64,000 nt of DNA from contig CALHPK010000006.1 in the NCBI GenBank assembly GCA_938036315.1, positions 111,926 through 175,925 on the forward strand, read 5' to 3'. The notes below the pieces were generated by a model. The model did no database searches. It was not told the DNA's origin and saw nothing but the letters and a program-made list of their open reading frames with translations. The position numbers and the translations under genes were made by a program. How positions within the stretch are numbered: the first letter of the stretch is position 1; each line of letters opens with the position of its first letter. Shown here piece after piece: positions 29,181 to 38,636 of this stretch. The stretch comes from an uncultured bacterium (GTDB lineage: Bacteria; Calescibacteriota; Calescibacteriia; Calescibacteriales; Calescibacteriaceae).

Positions 29181-30476
29181 TCACAGGAGACTAAGTATGG
29201 CTTTTGGTGAGGATGGGAAATAAAGATGAATCCAAGTTGCTATAAACTTCCCTTTTGCAAATCCATCGTAACCTCTAAAATTCCCTTTTGCATCATATAC
29301 TCTAAATATCCTCTTTATTTTTATGCGATCTAAATTTGAGATTCTTCCATAGTGGAATTCGTGTCCCTTCAAAAAACTATTCCCTATTTTTATTTTCCTC
29401 CAACCTAAAGCCTGAAGTCTGTCTTCAATTGATATTTCGAATGGAAAAATTCCGATACCGCTTATTTTTTTATCTTTGTAGATTATCGATTTTGATAGAA
29501 GTTCAAGTCCTCCACATTCTGCGATAACCCTTTTGGGCTTTGAGAGCAAATTTCTGATAAGACTTATCAGATATTCATTTTTCCCTATAAGTTCTGGATA
29601 TCCTCCGGGGATAATAAGGACTCCTATATCTTTGTAAGTATCAGGGGATTCGATATCTTTTTCATTGATCTCAAATGTATCAAATCCCATACTCCGGAGT
29701 ATCATTATATTTTCTGGGTAGTAGAAGGGGAAAAACTTTCCGGTTATAATGGCGATGCTTTTGATTTTTTTTAGCTTCGGAGTCAGTTCCGGGATTGAAA
29801 AATCACTTCTGATATAAGATTCTGATCTTTCAAATATCTTGAGTACGGTCTTTTTATCGAAGTATTTTGAGAATGCTTCTTCAAACTTACTTTTGATTAT
29901 CTTGTGCTCGTGTGGTAATTTCAATCCAAGGTGCCTTGATTTAAAATCAAATGAATTATCATATGGTAAATATCCAACAAGAGCGACTTTCTCCTTACTC
30001 AGTGATTCTTTTATAATCTTGATATGGTTTGTTGAGCTTACTTTGTTGGCTATAATGCCAGCCAGGTTTATTTCATCTTTGAACCCCTTGACAATTCCAC
30101 GGATTGATTCTCCCATGCGCGAGGCATCCACACAGAGTATAACAGGAGCCTTAACCACTTTTGAGGTATAAGCTGTACTTCCTTTGTATTTTTCACCGTC
30201 TAAAACCCCCATTACTCCTTCTATTACGTTGTATTCTTTCCCGTATTTTGCGAGCAGGAACTTTACAAAACTTTCCGAGCTCATAACAATATCAAGATTG
30301 AAACACGATGTAAATTCTCTATGGTATAAAGGATCTATAAAATCAGGACCTACCTTGAATGCGCAAACTTTATATCCTAAAGATAGAAGACCAGCTTCTA
30401 TGCACAAAGAAGCTACAGTTTTCCCTGAATCTGACGATATTCCTCCTACTACCACTTTTTTTAACTTCCTGTTCAA
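29181..30476 (-). CDS. cobyrinate a,c-diamide synthase family (CbiA/CobB)
   Basis: SDSGKT, FKVGPDFIDP, IEGVMG, SRHLGL, GGYPE, AECGG and GHEFHY. TTG at 30476 is preceded by an AGGGGG SD. Confidence 0.88.
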   Translation of the reverse strand: MNRKLKKVVVGGISSDSGKTVASLCIEAGLLSLGYKVCAFKVGPDFIDPLYHREFTSCFNLDIVMSSESFVKFLLAKYGKEYNVIEGVMGVLDGEKYKGSTAYTSKVVKAPVILCVDASRMGESIRGIVKGFKDEINLAGIIANKVSSTNHIKIIKESLSKEKVALVGYLPYDNSFDFKSRHLGLKLPHEHKIIKSKFEEAFSKYFDKKTVLKIFERSESYIRSDFSIPELTPKLKKIKSIAIITGKFFPFYYPENIMILRSMGFDTFEINEKDIESPDTYKDIGVLIIPGGYPELIGKNEYLISLIRNLLSKPKRVIAECGGLELLSKSIIYKDKKISGIGIFPFEISIEDRLQALGWRKIKIGNSFLKGHEFHYGRISNLDRIKIKRIFRVYDAKGNFRGYDGFAKGKFIATWIHLYFPSSPKAILSLL

Positions 30477-30480
30477 TGTT

Positions 30481-30536
30481 GGTACCCCCTGTTCGTTACC
30501 TCCTAAGTAGTACCTCTTAGGTGGTACCTCCTGCAC
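30481..30536. repeat. four degenerate 14-bp tandem units, each SD-like on the minus strand
   Basis: TACC recurs at 30483, 30497, 30511 and 30525. Units: GGTACCCCCTGTTC / GTTACCTCCTAAGT / AGTACCTCTTAGGT / GGTACCTCCTGCAC. Confidence 0.75.
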
Positions 30537-30625
30537 CCACCCAGAATCAGAAATTATTATGATTTATATATAGGAAACAGAAAATATAAAAATGACAACG
30601 ATAAAGAAAATCTAGTTCGATTATA

Positions 30626-32584
30626 GTGAAGATAATAATGAAGATTATAAAAAGATTAACTGTAGCTATCATACAAGTTTTGGCTATAGTTTTTGTTTCT
30701 GCTTATGTTGTAGTGTTTGGTTCAGCTCAGGATCTTAGAGAAAGGTCGGGTTCTTCAAATGCTCGGGATTCACTGGATATAAGAAGAATCCTTCAATTCA
30801 TAAAGGCTAAAGTAGGGGATAAGTTATCTGTAAATGTGGATATTGCTAAGTATTTTTCGAGAACACATCTTAAACATCCACTGCCGGAACTTTTTTTAGC
30901 TCAGCCTCTTTACGCAGTTGAATGGTTTACTCAATTTGGCAGGATAATCTCTAATCAAAGTGATAATTTCAAGAATATATTCTATGCGCTGGCTAAATTC
31001 TCTTCAGATATAAAAAGAATAGATATTATAGAAAATCCTGCTGAAAAGATCTTCTCTAATCCGCCCACTGAAAAAGTCAAAATCTTAAAAGGTAAATTAA
31101 CAGATAAAGAACTTAGAATTACAGCTGGCTTTTCAGAATGTATCAGGGTAGCTAAGGACAAATTTGATAACTTTATATTTCAGAATCCAGAGTTTATGGT
31201 CAACCCCATTACTAAGTTTTCCGACATTAATGCACTTTCGGTCTTGCACTTTAAGTATGAAAAGATTCTGAATTTCCTTGAGGTTCTCAATACTTCACAG
31301 TATCTTTTGTTACTTTGCTTTGACAATCTCATTAAGAATATAGGAACTATTCGTAATAGCTTTGTTGCAGATGTGGGTGGCATTGCTTTTGAGGTGTACG
31401 GTAAAGAAGACGATTTTGTAGTTGTGCCAAATTCCTCAGCTGTAATAATTAATCTTGGTGGAAATGATACTTACTTTTTTTGGAGATGGGATCAAGATTT
31501 AAAACCATATGCTTCGTCTTTTCTTGTTATTGTGGATTTGGGTAAAGGGAAGGATTTATACAAGTTTTTAGGGGGGCGATCGTTGTATGTGTCTTTGATA
31601 TTTGATGATGGAGGTGATGATTTTTATGACTGTACGTTCGGCTGTCAAGGTGGGGGTTTTTTTGGCTCTGAAATTCTTGTGGATGCCGATGGGAATGATC
31701 ATTACAGAGCTCTTGGAGTAGCGCAGGGAGCTGGTTTTTTAGGAACCGGTATTTTGCTTGATCTTAATGGAGATGATTTGTATGAATCTATAACTTTTTC
31801 GCAAGGATCTGCAAAGATAGGAGGTGGTCTTCTGGCAGATTTTCAAGGGAATGATAGATATATTCTGAAGAAAGGAAATGAATTCCCATCTTTTCAGGAT
31901 AAATCAAGGAATCTAAGTATGGGACAGGGATGCGGAACCGGGATCAGGGCTGATCACATAGAGAATTATGAATCTATCGGTGGTGGAGTTGGGTTACTGT
32001 ATGATTTTTCTGGCAATGATGAATATGTGGCTGAAGTTTTCTCTCAGGGGTGTGGCTACTGGTATGGAATTGGTGCATTGATTGATATGGCAGGGGATGA
32101 TAAATATACAGGATACTGGTATTGTCAAGGGACATCGGCTCACTTTGGAGTTGGAATTTTAGTAGATTCAGGAGGTTCTGATTCTTATCTATGTGATTTT
32201 CAGGGTATGGGACACGGGCACGATTTGGGATATGGAATCTTGATCGACTTCGTTCGAGATGGAAAAGTCGATTCGGATATATTCACTTGCAAAGAAAGGT
32301 GTTTAGGTATGGGACATGCAAACGGAATTGGAACATTTTTCAATTGGGGTGGGTATGATGAATATAAAGCTGAAAAGTATGCTTTTGGCGATGCCATAAC
32401 AAATATATACTCCAAGCAGGAATCAATGAGAGATATAATACCTACTGTAGGAATTTTTATAGACATAGGTCAGGAATATGATAAGTTAACTATGGGAGGT
32501 GAAACTTTCGACCCGGAAGCAAGAAAAACAGAAAACAGAGGATATCTGTACAGTATCCTAATAAAGCAAGATAATCTTGAGTAG
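30626..32584 (+). CDS. secreted protein with about ten D-x-x-G-[ND]-D-x-Y / QG-x-G repeats (probable Ca-binding solenoid)
   Basis: N-terminal signal/TM segment, then repeats such as DADGNDHY...AQGAG, DLNGDDLY...SQGSA and DFSGNDEY...SQGCG. Confidence 0.7.
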   Translation: MKIIMKIIKRLTVAIIQVLAIVFVSAYVVVFGSAQDLRERSGSSNARDSLDIRRILQFIKAKVGDKLSVNVDIAKYFSRTHLKHPLPELFLAQPLYAVEWFTQFGRIISNQSDNFKNIFYALAKFSSDIKRIDIIENPAEKIFSNPPTEKVKILKGKLTDKELRITAGFSECIRVAKDKFDNFIFQNPEFMVNPITKFSDINALSVLHFKYEKILNFLEVLNTSQYLLLLCFDNLIKNIGTIRNSFVADVGGIAFEVYGKEDDFVVVPNSSAVIINLGGNDTYFFWRWDQDLKPYASSFLVIVDLGKGKDLYKFLGGRSLYVSLIFDDGGDDFYDCTFGCQGGGFFGSEILVDADGNDHYRALGVAQGAGFLGTGILLDLNGDDLYESITFSQGSAKIGGGLLADFQGNDRYILKKGNEFPSFQDKSRNLSMGQGCGTGIRADHIENYESIGGGVGLLYDFSGNDEYVAEVFSQGCGYWYGIGALIDMAGDDKYTGYWYCQGTSAHFGVGILVDSGGSDSYLCDFQGMGHGHDLGYGILIDFVRDGKVDSDIFTCKERCLGMGHANGIGTFFNWGGYDEYKAEKYAFGDAITNIYSKQESMRDIIPTVGIFIDIGQEYDKLTMGGETFDPEARKTENRGYLYSILIKQDNLE

Positions 32585-32689
32585 ATGTGATTTTTGTAAT
32601 ATCGCAAATGTAATTGTGGAGATGGCAAAAGGAGGCTTGGTAGGACTTGCAGGATTGTATTTGAAATGGTATAAGTATTTTTGAAATAT

Positions 32690-32717
32690 TTGTTTTTATA
32701 ATGTAGGAATTTATAAT
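32690..32717 (+). promoter_or_regulatory. sigma70-type promoter for the 5S rRNA
   Basis: TTGTTT (32690), 16 nt, TATAAT (32712-32717), ending 8 nt before the predicted 5S 5' end. Confidence 0.5.
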
Positions 32718-32725
32718 ATGTAGTA

Positions 32726-32844
32726 GGTATGGGGTCCATATCGGGAGTGGCACCAGCCTTACCATTCCGAATAGGACCTGGAAACCTCCCAGAGCCGATG
32801 ATACTGTGCCCGCACGGGCATGGGAAAGTAGGTCGACCCCTGCC
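32726..32844 (+). rRNA. rrf: 5S ribosomal RNA (stand-alone)
   Basis: 119 nt. Terminal helix GGTA-T-GGGGT/ACCCC-TGCC, loop C CCATTCCGAA, GCCGATGATACT, hairpin TGCCC-GCAC-GGGCA and GGGAAAGTAGG. Confidence 0.93.
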
Positions 32845-32870
32845 TCTTTATGATCCCTGCTCTTTATGAT
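32838..32870. repeat. 17/16-bp tandem duplication spanning the 5S 3' end
   Basis: CCCTGCCTCTTTATGAT followed by CCCTGCTCTTTATGAT. Confidence 0.8.
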
Positions 32871-32895
32871 ATACAGCATTGCTGAGAAATTTAGA

Positions 32896-32921
32896 AAGTG
32901 AATGCCCTAAGTGAATGCCCT
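32896..32921. repeat. perfect 13-bp tandem duplication
   Basis: AAGTGAATGCCCT twice. Confidence 0.85.
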
Positions 32922-32947
32922 TAGCACAAAAACTTAGAATGCCAGCT

Positions 32948-33027
32948 GATATTCGTATTTTTCATCTGACTGATATTTGCATTTTATCCAGTCGGTATTT
33001 ATATTTCATCGATATTCGCATTTCATC
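32948..33027. repeat. four degenerate copies of a unit of about 17 bp
   Basis: GATATTCGTATTTTTCATC (32948), GATATTTGCATTTTATC (32972), GGTATTTATATTTCATC (32994), GATATTCGCATTTCATC (33011). Confidence 0.65.
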
Positions 33028-33060
33028 CAAAGCGCATCAAAAAAATTTAAAATTTTATTT

Positions 33061-34284
33061 ATGATCGTCGATGAGGTTGATTTTCTTGACTTCTTCCCCA
33101 GATTGAGACGCCTTCCACCATATGTTCTTTCAGTTGTGAATGCAAAAAAGCAGGAGCTGAGAAGAAAGGGCGCAGATGTTATAGATCTTGGAATGGGTAA
33201 TCCAAATATCCCAGCTCCAGAACCTGTTGTGAGAAAGTTAAAAGAAACTGCTGAAGATCCTCGCAATCATAGATATTCTATATCACAGGGACTTCCCAGA
33301 CTCAGGGAGGAAATAGCAAGAAGATATAAAAAGCTTTGGGGAGTTGAGCTTTCTCACGATGAAGAGGTTGCAGTCGTAAATGGTACAAAAATGGGATTTT
33401 TCCAGCTTATGCTTGCCATCTTATCTCAAGGTGATACTATTCTGGTTCCAGAACCAGCATATCCTATTCATTTATATGCTCCAATTATAGCTGGAGCAGA
33501 TGTCAGGACTTTCTCAATGATAAATGGCTTTGGATTCTTCGAGAATTTAGAAAGAGTCCTGAGAACAACCTATCCAAAACCTAAAGCTATAGTGGTATCT
33601 TTCCCCAACAACCCAACATCAAAATGTGTTGATCTAGAGTTTTTTAGAAAACTTGTCGATTTTGCTATTTCAGAAAGAATATGGATAATTCATGACTTCG
33701 CTTATGCTGACATTGTTTTTGAAGGATATAAAGCCCCATCTATCTTGCAGGTTGAGGATGCAAAAAAGGTAGCTGTTGAGTTCTACTCTATGTCAAAAGG
33801 ATTTTCTATGGCGGGATTCAGAGTTGGTTTTATGGTTGGCAACAGATTTCTCGTTTCTGCCCTACAGAAAATAAAAAGCTGGATGGATTACGGAATATTT
33901 CAACCTATCCAGATAGCTTCAATTATAGCTCTGAGGGAATGTGAGGACTATCCAGAAAAAGTTGCCAAAATATACGAGTCAAGAATGAAAGTCGCCGTGG
34001 ATCTGTTATCTAAAATGGGTTTTGAATTTCAGAAACCGCAAGGTAGTATGTTCATTTGGATAAAGGTTCCCGAAGAGTTCAAAAAGCTCGGTTCAGCAAA
34101 ATTCTCGGAAATGCTACTTGAAAAAGCTTTTGTAGCAACATCCCCAGGTACTGGCTTTGGTCAGTCTGGAGAGGGATACATAAGAATTGCACTTGTTGAG
34201 AATGAAAAAAGAATAAGACAAGCAATGAGGGAGATCAGAAAATTGATAAACGGTGTACACAAATCTGATATAGATGAAATATAA
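33061..34284 (+). CDS. PLP-dependent class I/II aminotransferase (AlaC / LL-DAP aminotransferase-like)
   Basis: RLPPYV, DLGMGNP, FPNNPT, HDFAY and SMSKGFSMAGFRVGF. ATG at 33061 preferred. Confidence 0.88.
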   Translation: MIVDEVDFLDFFPRLRRLPPYVLSVVNAKKQELRRKGADVIDLGMGNPNIPAPEPVVRKLKETAEDPRNHRYSISQGLPRLREEIARRYKKLWGVELSHDEEVAVVNGTKMGFFQLMLAILSQGDTILVPEPAYPIHLYAPIIAGADVRTFSMINGFGFFENLERVLRTTYPKPKAIVVSFPNNPTSKCVDLEFFRKLVDFAISERIWIIHDFAYADIVFEGYKAPSILQVEDAKKVAVEFYSMSKGFSMAGFRVGFMVGNRFLVSALQKIKSWMDYGIFQPIQIASIIALRECEDYPEKVAKIYESRMKVAVDLLSKMGFEFQKPQGSMFIWIKVPEEFKKLGSAKFSEMLLEKAFVATSPGTGFGQSGEGYIRIALVENEKRIRQAMREIRKLINGVHKSDIDEI

Positions 34285-34303
34285 CTGAAGTATTAGCACA
34301 TTT

Positions 34304-35491
34304 ATGCATCTTCGGGAGCTCGTAGAACAACTCTACAGTATGAGAGATTCTGGATCTGAAAAATCGGATGTATTTGTAGCCATCGCTCCGGGGAGGATAA
34401 ACTTGATAGGAGAGCATACAGATTATAACGAAGGCTTTGTTATGCCTGTTTCAATTAATCTGCATACAATTGCAGTTGGAAGCAAAAGAAAAGACGATAA
34501 GCTAAAGGTGAAAAGTCTTAACCTTAAAGAAGAATACGAGAAAAAGATATGGGATCTCAAACCATCTGGAGATTGGCACTCATATGTGGAAGGCTGTATT
34601 TATCAATTGCTCAAAAGGGAATATCAGGTAAGGGGGGTTGAAATCGTCCTGTGGGGAAATATCCCTCTGGGCGGGGGGTTAAGTTCATCTGCGAGCTTAG
34701 AAGTTGCGGTTGTCAAGTTGATCTCTGAAATTTTTTCACTATATATTGATAGCTTGGAGATAGCTCAAATATCTCAAAAGGCAGAAAATGAATTTGTAGG
34801 AGTTCCTTGCGGAATTATGGATCAGCTCACAGCTGTTTTCGGTGAAAAAGGGAAAGCCCTATTTATTGACTGTAGAACTTGGGAAATCCAGAAAGTAGAT
34901 TTCCCATCCGACTACAGTATTATTGCTGTTGACTCTGGAGTAAAACATCAACTATCTTCATCAAATTATGCAAAGAGAAGGCAAGAGTGTGAGGAGGCAG
35001 TCAGAATTATCAAAAAAAATAAAAAAAATTATGATATAAGCTCATTAAGAGATGTAAATGAAGATATACTTCGGGAATTTGAAAATCGTATGCCAGAGGT
35101 AATATTTAAGAGAGCAAAATTCGTAATAGAAGAAAATACAAGAGTTATAAAATTTAAGGAAGCACTGGGAAAAAAAGATAGAAATAATATTTTCGAGCTT
35201 ATGAAAAACTCTCATCAGGGGCTCAGAGTGCAGTATGAAGTCTCTTGTGAGGAGCTTGATTTTCTCGTCCATAACTCGTGGGATTTCAAATATACGATCG
35301 GGGCTAGAATGACAGGCGGAGGATTTGGAGGAAATATCGTTGCACTCATCGAAAAAGGTCATGAAGATGAATATACTATTTTCATATCAGAAAAGTTCAA
35401 GCAAAGATTCGGTACAGTTCCAAAAATTTATTTTCTTGAGATTCAAGATGGTGTAAGGGCTTTCAAGATAAACGGAATGGAGAAGGAATAG
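34304..35491 (+). CDS. galK: galactokinase
   Basis: APGRINLIGEHTDYN, PLGGGLSSSA, CGIMDQ and GARMTGGGFGG. Confidence 0.95.
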   Translation: MHLRELVEQLYSMRDSGSEKSDVFVAIAPGRINLIGEHTDYNEGFVMPVSINLHTIAVGSKRKDDKLKVKSLNLKEEYEKKIWDLKPSGDWHSYVEGCIYQLLKREYQVRGVEIVLWGNIPLGGGLSSSASLEVAVVKLISEIFSLYIDSLEIAQISQKAENEFVGVPCGIMDQLTAVFGEKGKALFIDCRTWEIQKVDFPSDYSIIAVDSGVKHQLSSSNYAKRRQECEEAVRIIKKNKKNYDISSLRDVNEDILREFENRMPEVIFKRAKFVIEENTRVIKFKEALGKKDRNNIFELMKNSHQGLRVQYEVSCEELDFLVHNSWDFKYTIGARMTGGGFGGNIVALIEKGHEDEYTIFISEKFKQRFGTVPKIYFLEIQDGVRAFKINGMEKE

Positions 35492-35595
35492 GAGAAAAGT
35501 CAAGAAAATATGATAGGTAGGAGTTTGCAAAGCTATTCTATGCTTGACTAAATTGCGCAAAGCAAAAAGTAAATTAATTTAGAAATAAGGCGGTT

Positions 35596-37287
35596 ATGTA
35601 CACAGAAATAGAGAATAAATTCAGAAGGTATAGACGGATTATCAAAAAAATATATGATGCTGGTATGGGTGGGATATTTGAAAAATATCTTTTGTCGCCT
35701 GAGGCAATTGAGAATTTTTTCAAATCCGCTAAAAAGATAGATTTTGGGAAAATTGAGTTGTACAGAAAGCTAGCTTTGAATCCCAAACCGTATACTACTA
35801 TCCATAGGGTTGAGAATCCTCAAGCTCAGATCCCTCAGTACGATGAATTTGGAAAGAAGTCTCTGAAGGATGGTCTCTGGTGTGTGATAACTTTAGCCGG
35901 CGGATCAGCTACGCGCTTCTTCTCCGAATCAGAAGAAAAACTATCTATCAAATCAAAAGGATTATTTCAAATAACGAAGAATCACTCGTTTATGGAAATA
36001 TTTGCAGGAGAAATTATATCAAAGGCAATCATATATGGTAAGGTTCCTGTCTGGATTGTTCTTGTTAGTGAGATAACTTATGATGAAGTAGAAAGTTTCC
36101 TGCGGAATTTTTGGTTCCCATCTGAACATATATTGATTCTAAAGCAAGGGTGCTTACCAAGATTTGATTCTGAAGGGCTACCTATAATATCAAAAGATGG
36201 AAATATGATACTGACTGGTGATGGGCATGGTGGAGTTTTTTTTGCGCTTCTCAGAAAAAGTGAATCTGGAGAAAGCTATAAACAAATTCTTAAATCGCGG
36301 GGAATAAAATTTGCGGTTTTACACAATGTTGATAATATTCTTTCAAGACCTCTTGACGAAAAAAGGCTTGATTTTCACATAAGGAAAAATGCTCTGTTTA
36401 CTATCTCTTGTGTCAAAAGGAAAAATATAACCGAAAGGGTAGGTATCCCTCTTTATCTTGTAGATGAAAATAAAATCTCGGTTATGGAGTACAGCGTTGC
36501 AGATCCAAAGATATTCTCGGCGGTAAAGGAGGACGGTTCTCCATATTTTGATCTTGCTCACATAAATGTCAATCTATTTTCTTTGGATGTAGTATCAAGG
36601 AGGTATCTAAAATATCTGAGACCAGTTATATACACAGGGAAGATAGTGGAGGTTGACGGGAGAAGAGTCGATTCAACCACTATTGAATACCTGAATCAAG
36701 CAATAGTAGAATGGCTCCCGCCCAGCAAAGTAGCCATATGTCTTCTTGAAAGAGAGGAATTTTACTCTCCTACAAAATCAATCAAAGGTGAAGACTCTGC
36801 CGAAGAATCAAGGAATAGATACTTGAAATACACAAAGCGTCGGCTTGAAAGATTTGGATTATATATCCCACAAAATTCGTATTTTGAGATTGCTCCCTAC
36901 ATCCTTTTCGCAGATGAATTTATCTCTAAAATTTTTGATTTTTCTGGATGGATCATAGAGGACGAAACAGAATTCTATTTCGGTATTTTTTCTCCATTAG
37001 ATTCATATCCTATATTTTCTGGGGATTTTAGGCTTCTGAAAGGAAGTTCATTTATAGTTCGCACAAATTATCCATTTGGAGATATTGTTCTTTCTGGGTT
37101 TGACAGAAGAAGTTTCCACTGTGAAAATCCTCCAAGAGTTAAGATAGGTAGGGGGGTCTTGGTAAAGCCAGGAGCGAAATTTTATGCTGAACTTGAAAAA
37201 GGTTCCACCCTTGTTATTCCTCAGAATTTTGTTATAGATGATGATATAAAAATTTATGTTAGGAGTGGAGAAAAGGTCTTTTTGTGA
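35596..37287 (+). CDS. eukaryote-type UDP-sugar pyrophosphorylase (UDPGP/UAP/USP family)
   Basis: LAGGSATR, Q..LP, GDGHGG, HNVDN, EYS, INVNLF, F.PTK and a beta-rich C-terminus. Confidence 0.75.
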   Translation: MYTEIENKFRRYRRIIKKIYDAGMGGIFEKYLLSPEAIENFFKSAKKIDFGKIELYRKLALNPKPYTTIHRVENPQAQIPQYDEFGKKSLKDGLWCVITLAGGSATRFFSESEEKLSIKSKGLFQITKNHSFMEIFAGEIISKAIIYGKVPVWIVLVSEITYDEVESFLRNFWFPSEHILILKQGCLPRFDSEGLPIISKDGNMILTGDGHGGVFFALLRKSESGESYKQILKSRGIKFAVLHNVDNILSRPLDEKRLDFHIRKNALFTISCVKRKNITERVGIPLYLVDENKISVMEYSVADPKIFSAVKEDGSPYFDLAHINVNLFSLDVVSRRYLKYLRPVIYTGKIVEVDGRRVDSTTIEYLNQAIVEWLPPSKVAICLLEREEFYSPTKSIKGEDSAEESRNRYLKYTKRRLERFGLYIPQNSYFEIAPYILFADEFISKIFDFSGWIIEDETEFYFGIFSPLDSYPIFSGDFRLLKGSSFIVRTNYPFGDIVLSGFDRRSFHCENPPRVKIGRGVLVKPGAKFYAELEKGSTLVIPQNFVIDDDIKIYVRSGEKVFL

Positions 37288-37300
37288 GCTTTGATCAAGG

Positions 37301-37345
37301 TCTGCCGACCGAGGTTCTGACGACCGAGGTTCTGCCAACCAAGGT
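37301..37345. repeat. three 15-bp tandem copies
   Basis: TCTGCCGACCGAGGT / TCTGACGACCGAGGT / TCTGCCAACCAAGGT. Confidence 0.88.
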
Positions 37346-37403
37346 TTGCCAAACTTTTTCATATTGCATCAAATACTGCAATTATGAATAGCATTTATTT
37401 AGT

Positions 37404-38636
37404 ATGGATTATGCGGAAGATGTACTGAAATACTCTTATCTTGAGGGGAAAAAGATCGTCTTGGGGGTAAGTGGGGGTATATCTGCGTACAAATCTGTTG
37501 AGCTTTTGCGTATGTTTCAGAAAGCCGGGGCAGATGTGCAGGTTGTTATGACAAAGACAGCAACCAAATTTGTGTCTGAGTGGACTTTTGAATCTCTTAC
37601 TGGGAAGAAAGTTTATGTTGAGTTTGAGGGTATGGAGCATATATATGTTCCGCATTCTGCAGACCTTTTTGTTGTCGCGCCAGCTACTGCTAATATCATA
37701 GGAAAGTTTGCAAATGGAATATGCGATACTATGCTCTCAACTATGCTTATAGCTACAACATGTCCGGTTGTTATTGTTCCATCTATGAATTGGGCGATGC
37801 TGAAAAATCCTGCTGTTTCTGAAAATATCAAGAAGATTTCAGAGAGAAATGGATGTATTGTTGTTGAGCCGGAGGAGGGAGATTTAGCCTGCGGAGAAAG
37901 GGGGGAGGGAAAATTTCCACATCTTGAGAAAATTTTCTTCTGGTGCGAGTATGCGTTAGCTCCAAAGAAGTTCTATGGTAAAAGAGCTGTGGTTACCGCT
38001 GGACCGACCAAAGAGTTTATAGATGATGTAAGATATATATCTAATCCTTCTTCTGGACTTATGGGGTATTTGGTGGCTCGTGAAATTGCTCTCAGTGGAG
38101 CGCAAACCTACCTCGTTTCAGGAGCTGATATCCATTTTCAAGATATAAATTGTTTCGCAGGATTTTCTAAAGTTGTGTCAGCTGAAGATATGTTGACTGA
38201 GGTAGAAAAACTCCTTCCAGCAGATATATTTGTTGGCGCCGCTGCTGTTTCAGACTTCAGACCAAAAGTAAGAATAAAAGGGAAAGTTAAAAAAGAAAGC
38301 GTTGGAGATGAAGTATTAGTAGAATTCATTAGAAATCCCGACATAGTAAATTCTGTTCGCCAGGGAGTAAAGATCTTGATTGGGTTTGCCCTCGAGTCAG
38401 AAGATATCCTAAACAATGCTCTATGCAAGCTCAAAAGCAAAAACGTAGATCTTATAGTTGCAAATGATATTCGGACATTTGGAAAATCTGAATCAGAATT
38501 CATTATTATAGATAAAGAGAATGTTGAATCACCTGAAAAAGTGGTATCACACAAAAGGATTGTTGCAAGAAAAATAGTTGAGAGGATAGCTGAGAAAATG
38601 GAGAAGGCAGAAAAATGCAAAGATATAAAACATTAA
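37404..38636 (+). CDS. coaBC: phosphopantothenoylcysteine decarboxylase/ligase
   Basis: GGISAYK, APATAN, PSMN..M, LACG, TAGPT.E.IDDVRYISN.SSG.MG, AAVSDF and GFALE. Confidence 0.95.
   Translation: MDYAEDVLKYSYLEGKKIVLGVSGGISAYKSVELLRMFQKAGADVQVVMTKTATKFVSEWTFESLTGKKVYVEFEGMEHIYVPHSADLFVVAPATANIIGKFANGICDTMLSTMLIATTCPVVIVPSMNWAMLKNPAVSENIKKISERNGCIVVEPEEGDLACGERGEGKFPHLEKIFFWCEYALAPKKFYGKRAVVTAGPTKEFIDDVRYISNPSSGLMGYLVAREIALSGAQTYLVSGADIHFQDINCFAGFSKVVSAEDMLTEVEKLLPADIFVGAAAVSDFRPKVRIKGKVKKESVGDEVLVEFIRNPDIVNSVRQGVKILIGFALESEDILNNALCKLKSKNVDLIVANDIRTFGKSESEFIIIDKENVESPEKVVSHKRIVARKIVERIAEKMEKAEKCKDIKH

Noticed and set aside
30477-30625. Cobalamin riboswitch upstream of cbiA
   Set aside because: Too short and no B12-box recognised.
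32490-32879. 129-aa minus-strand ORF
   Set aside because: Antisense to the 5S rRNA gene; no protein features.
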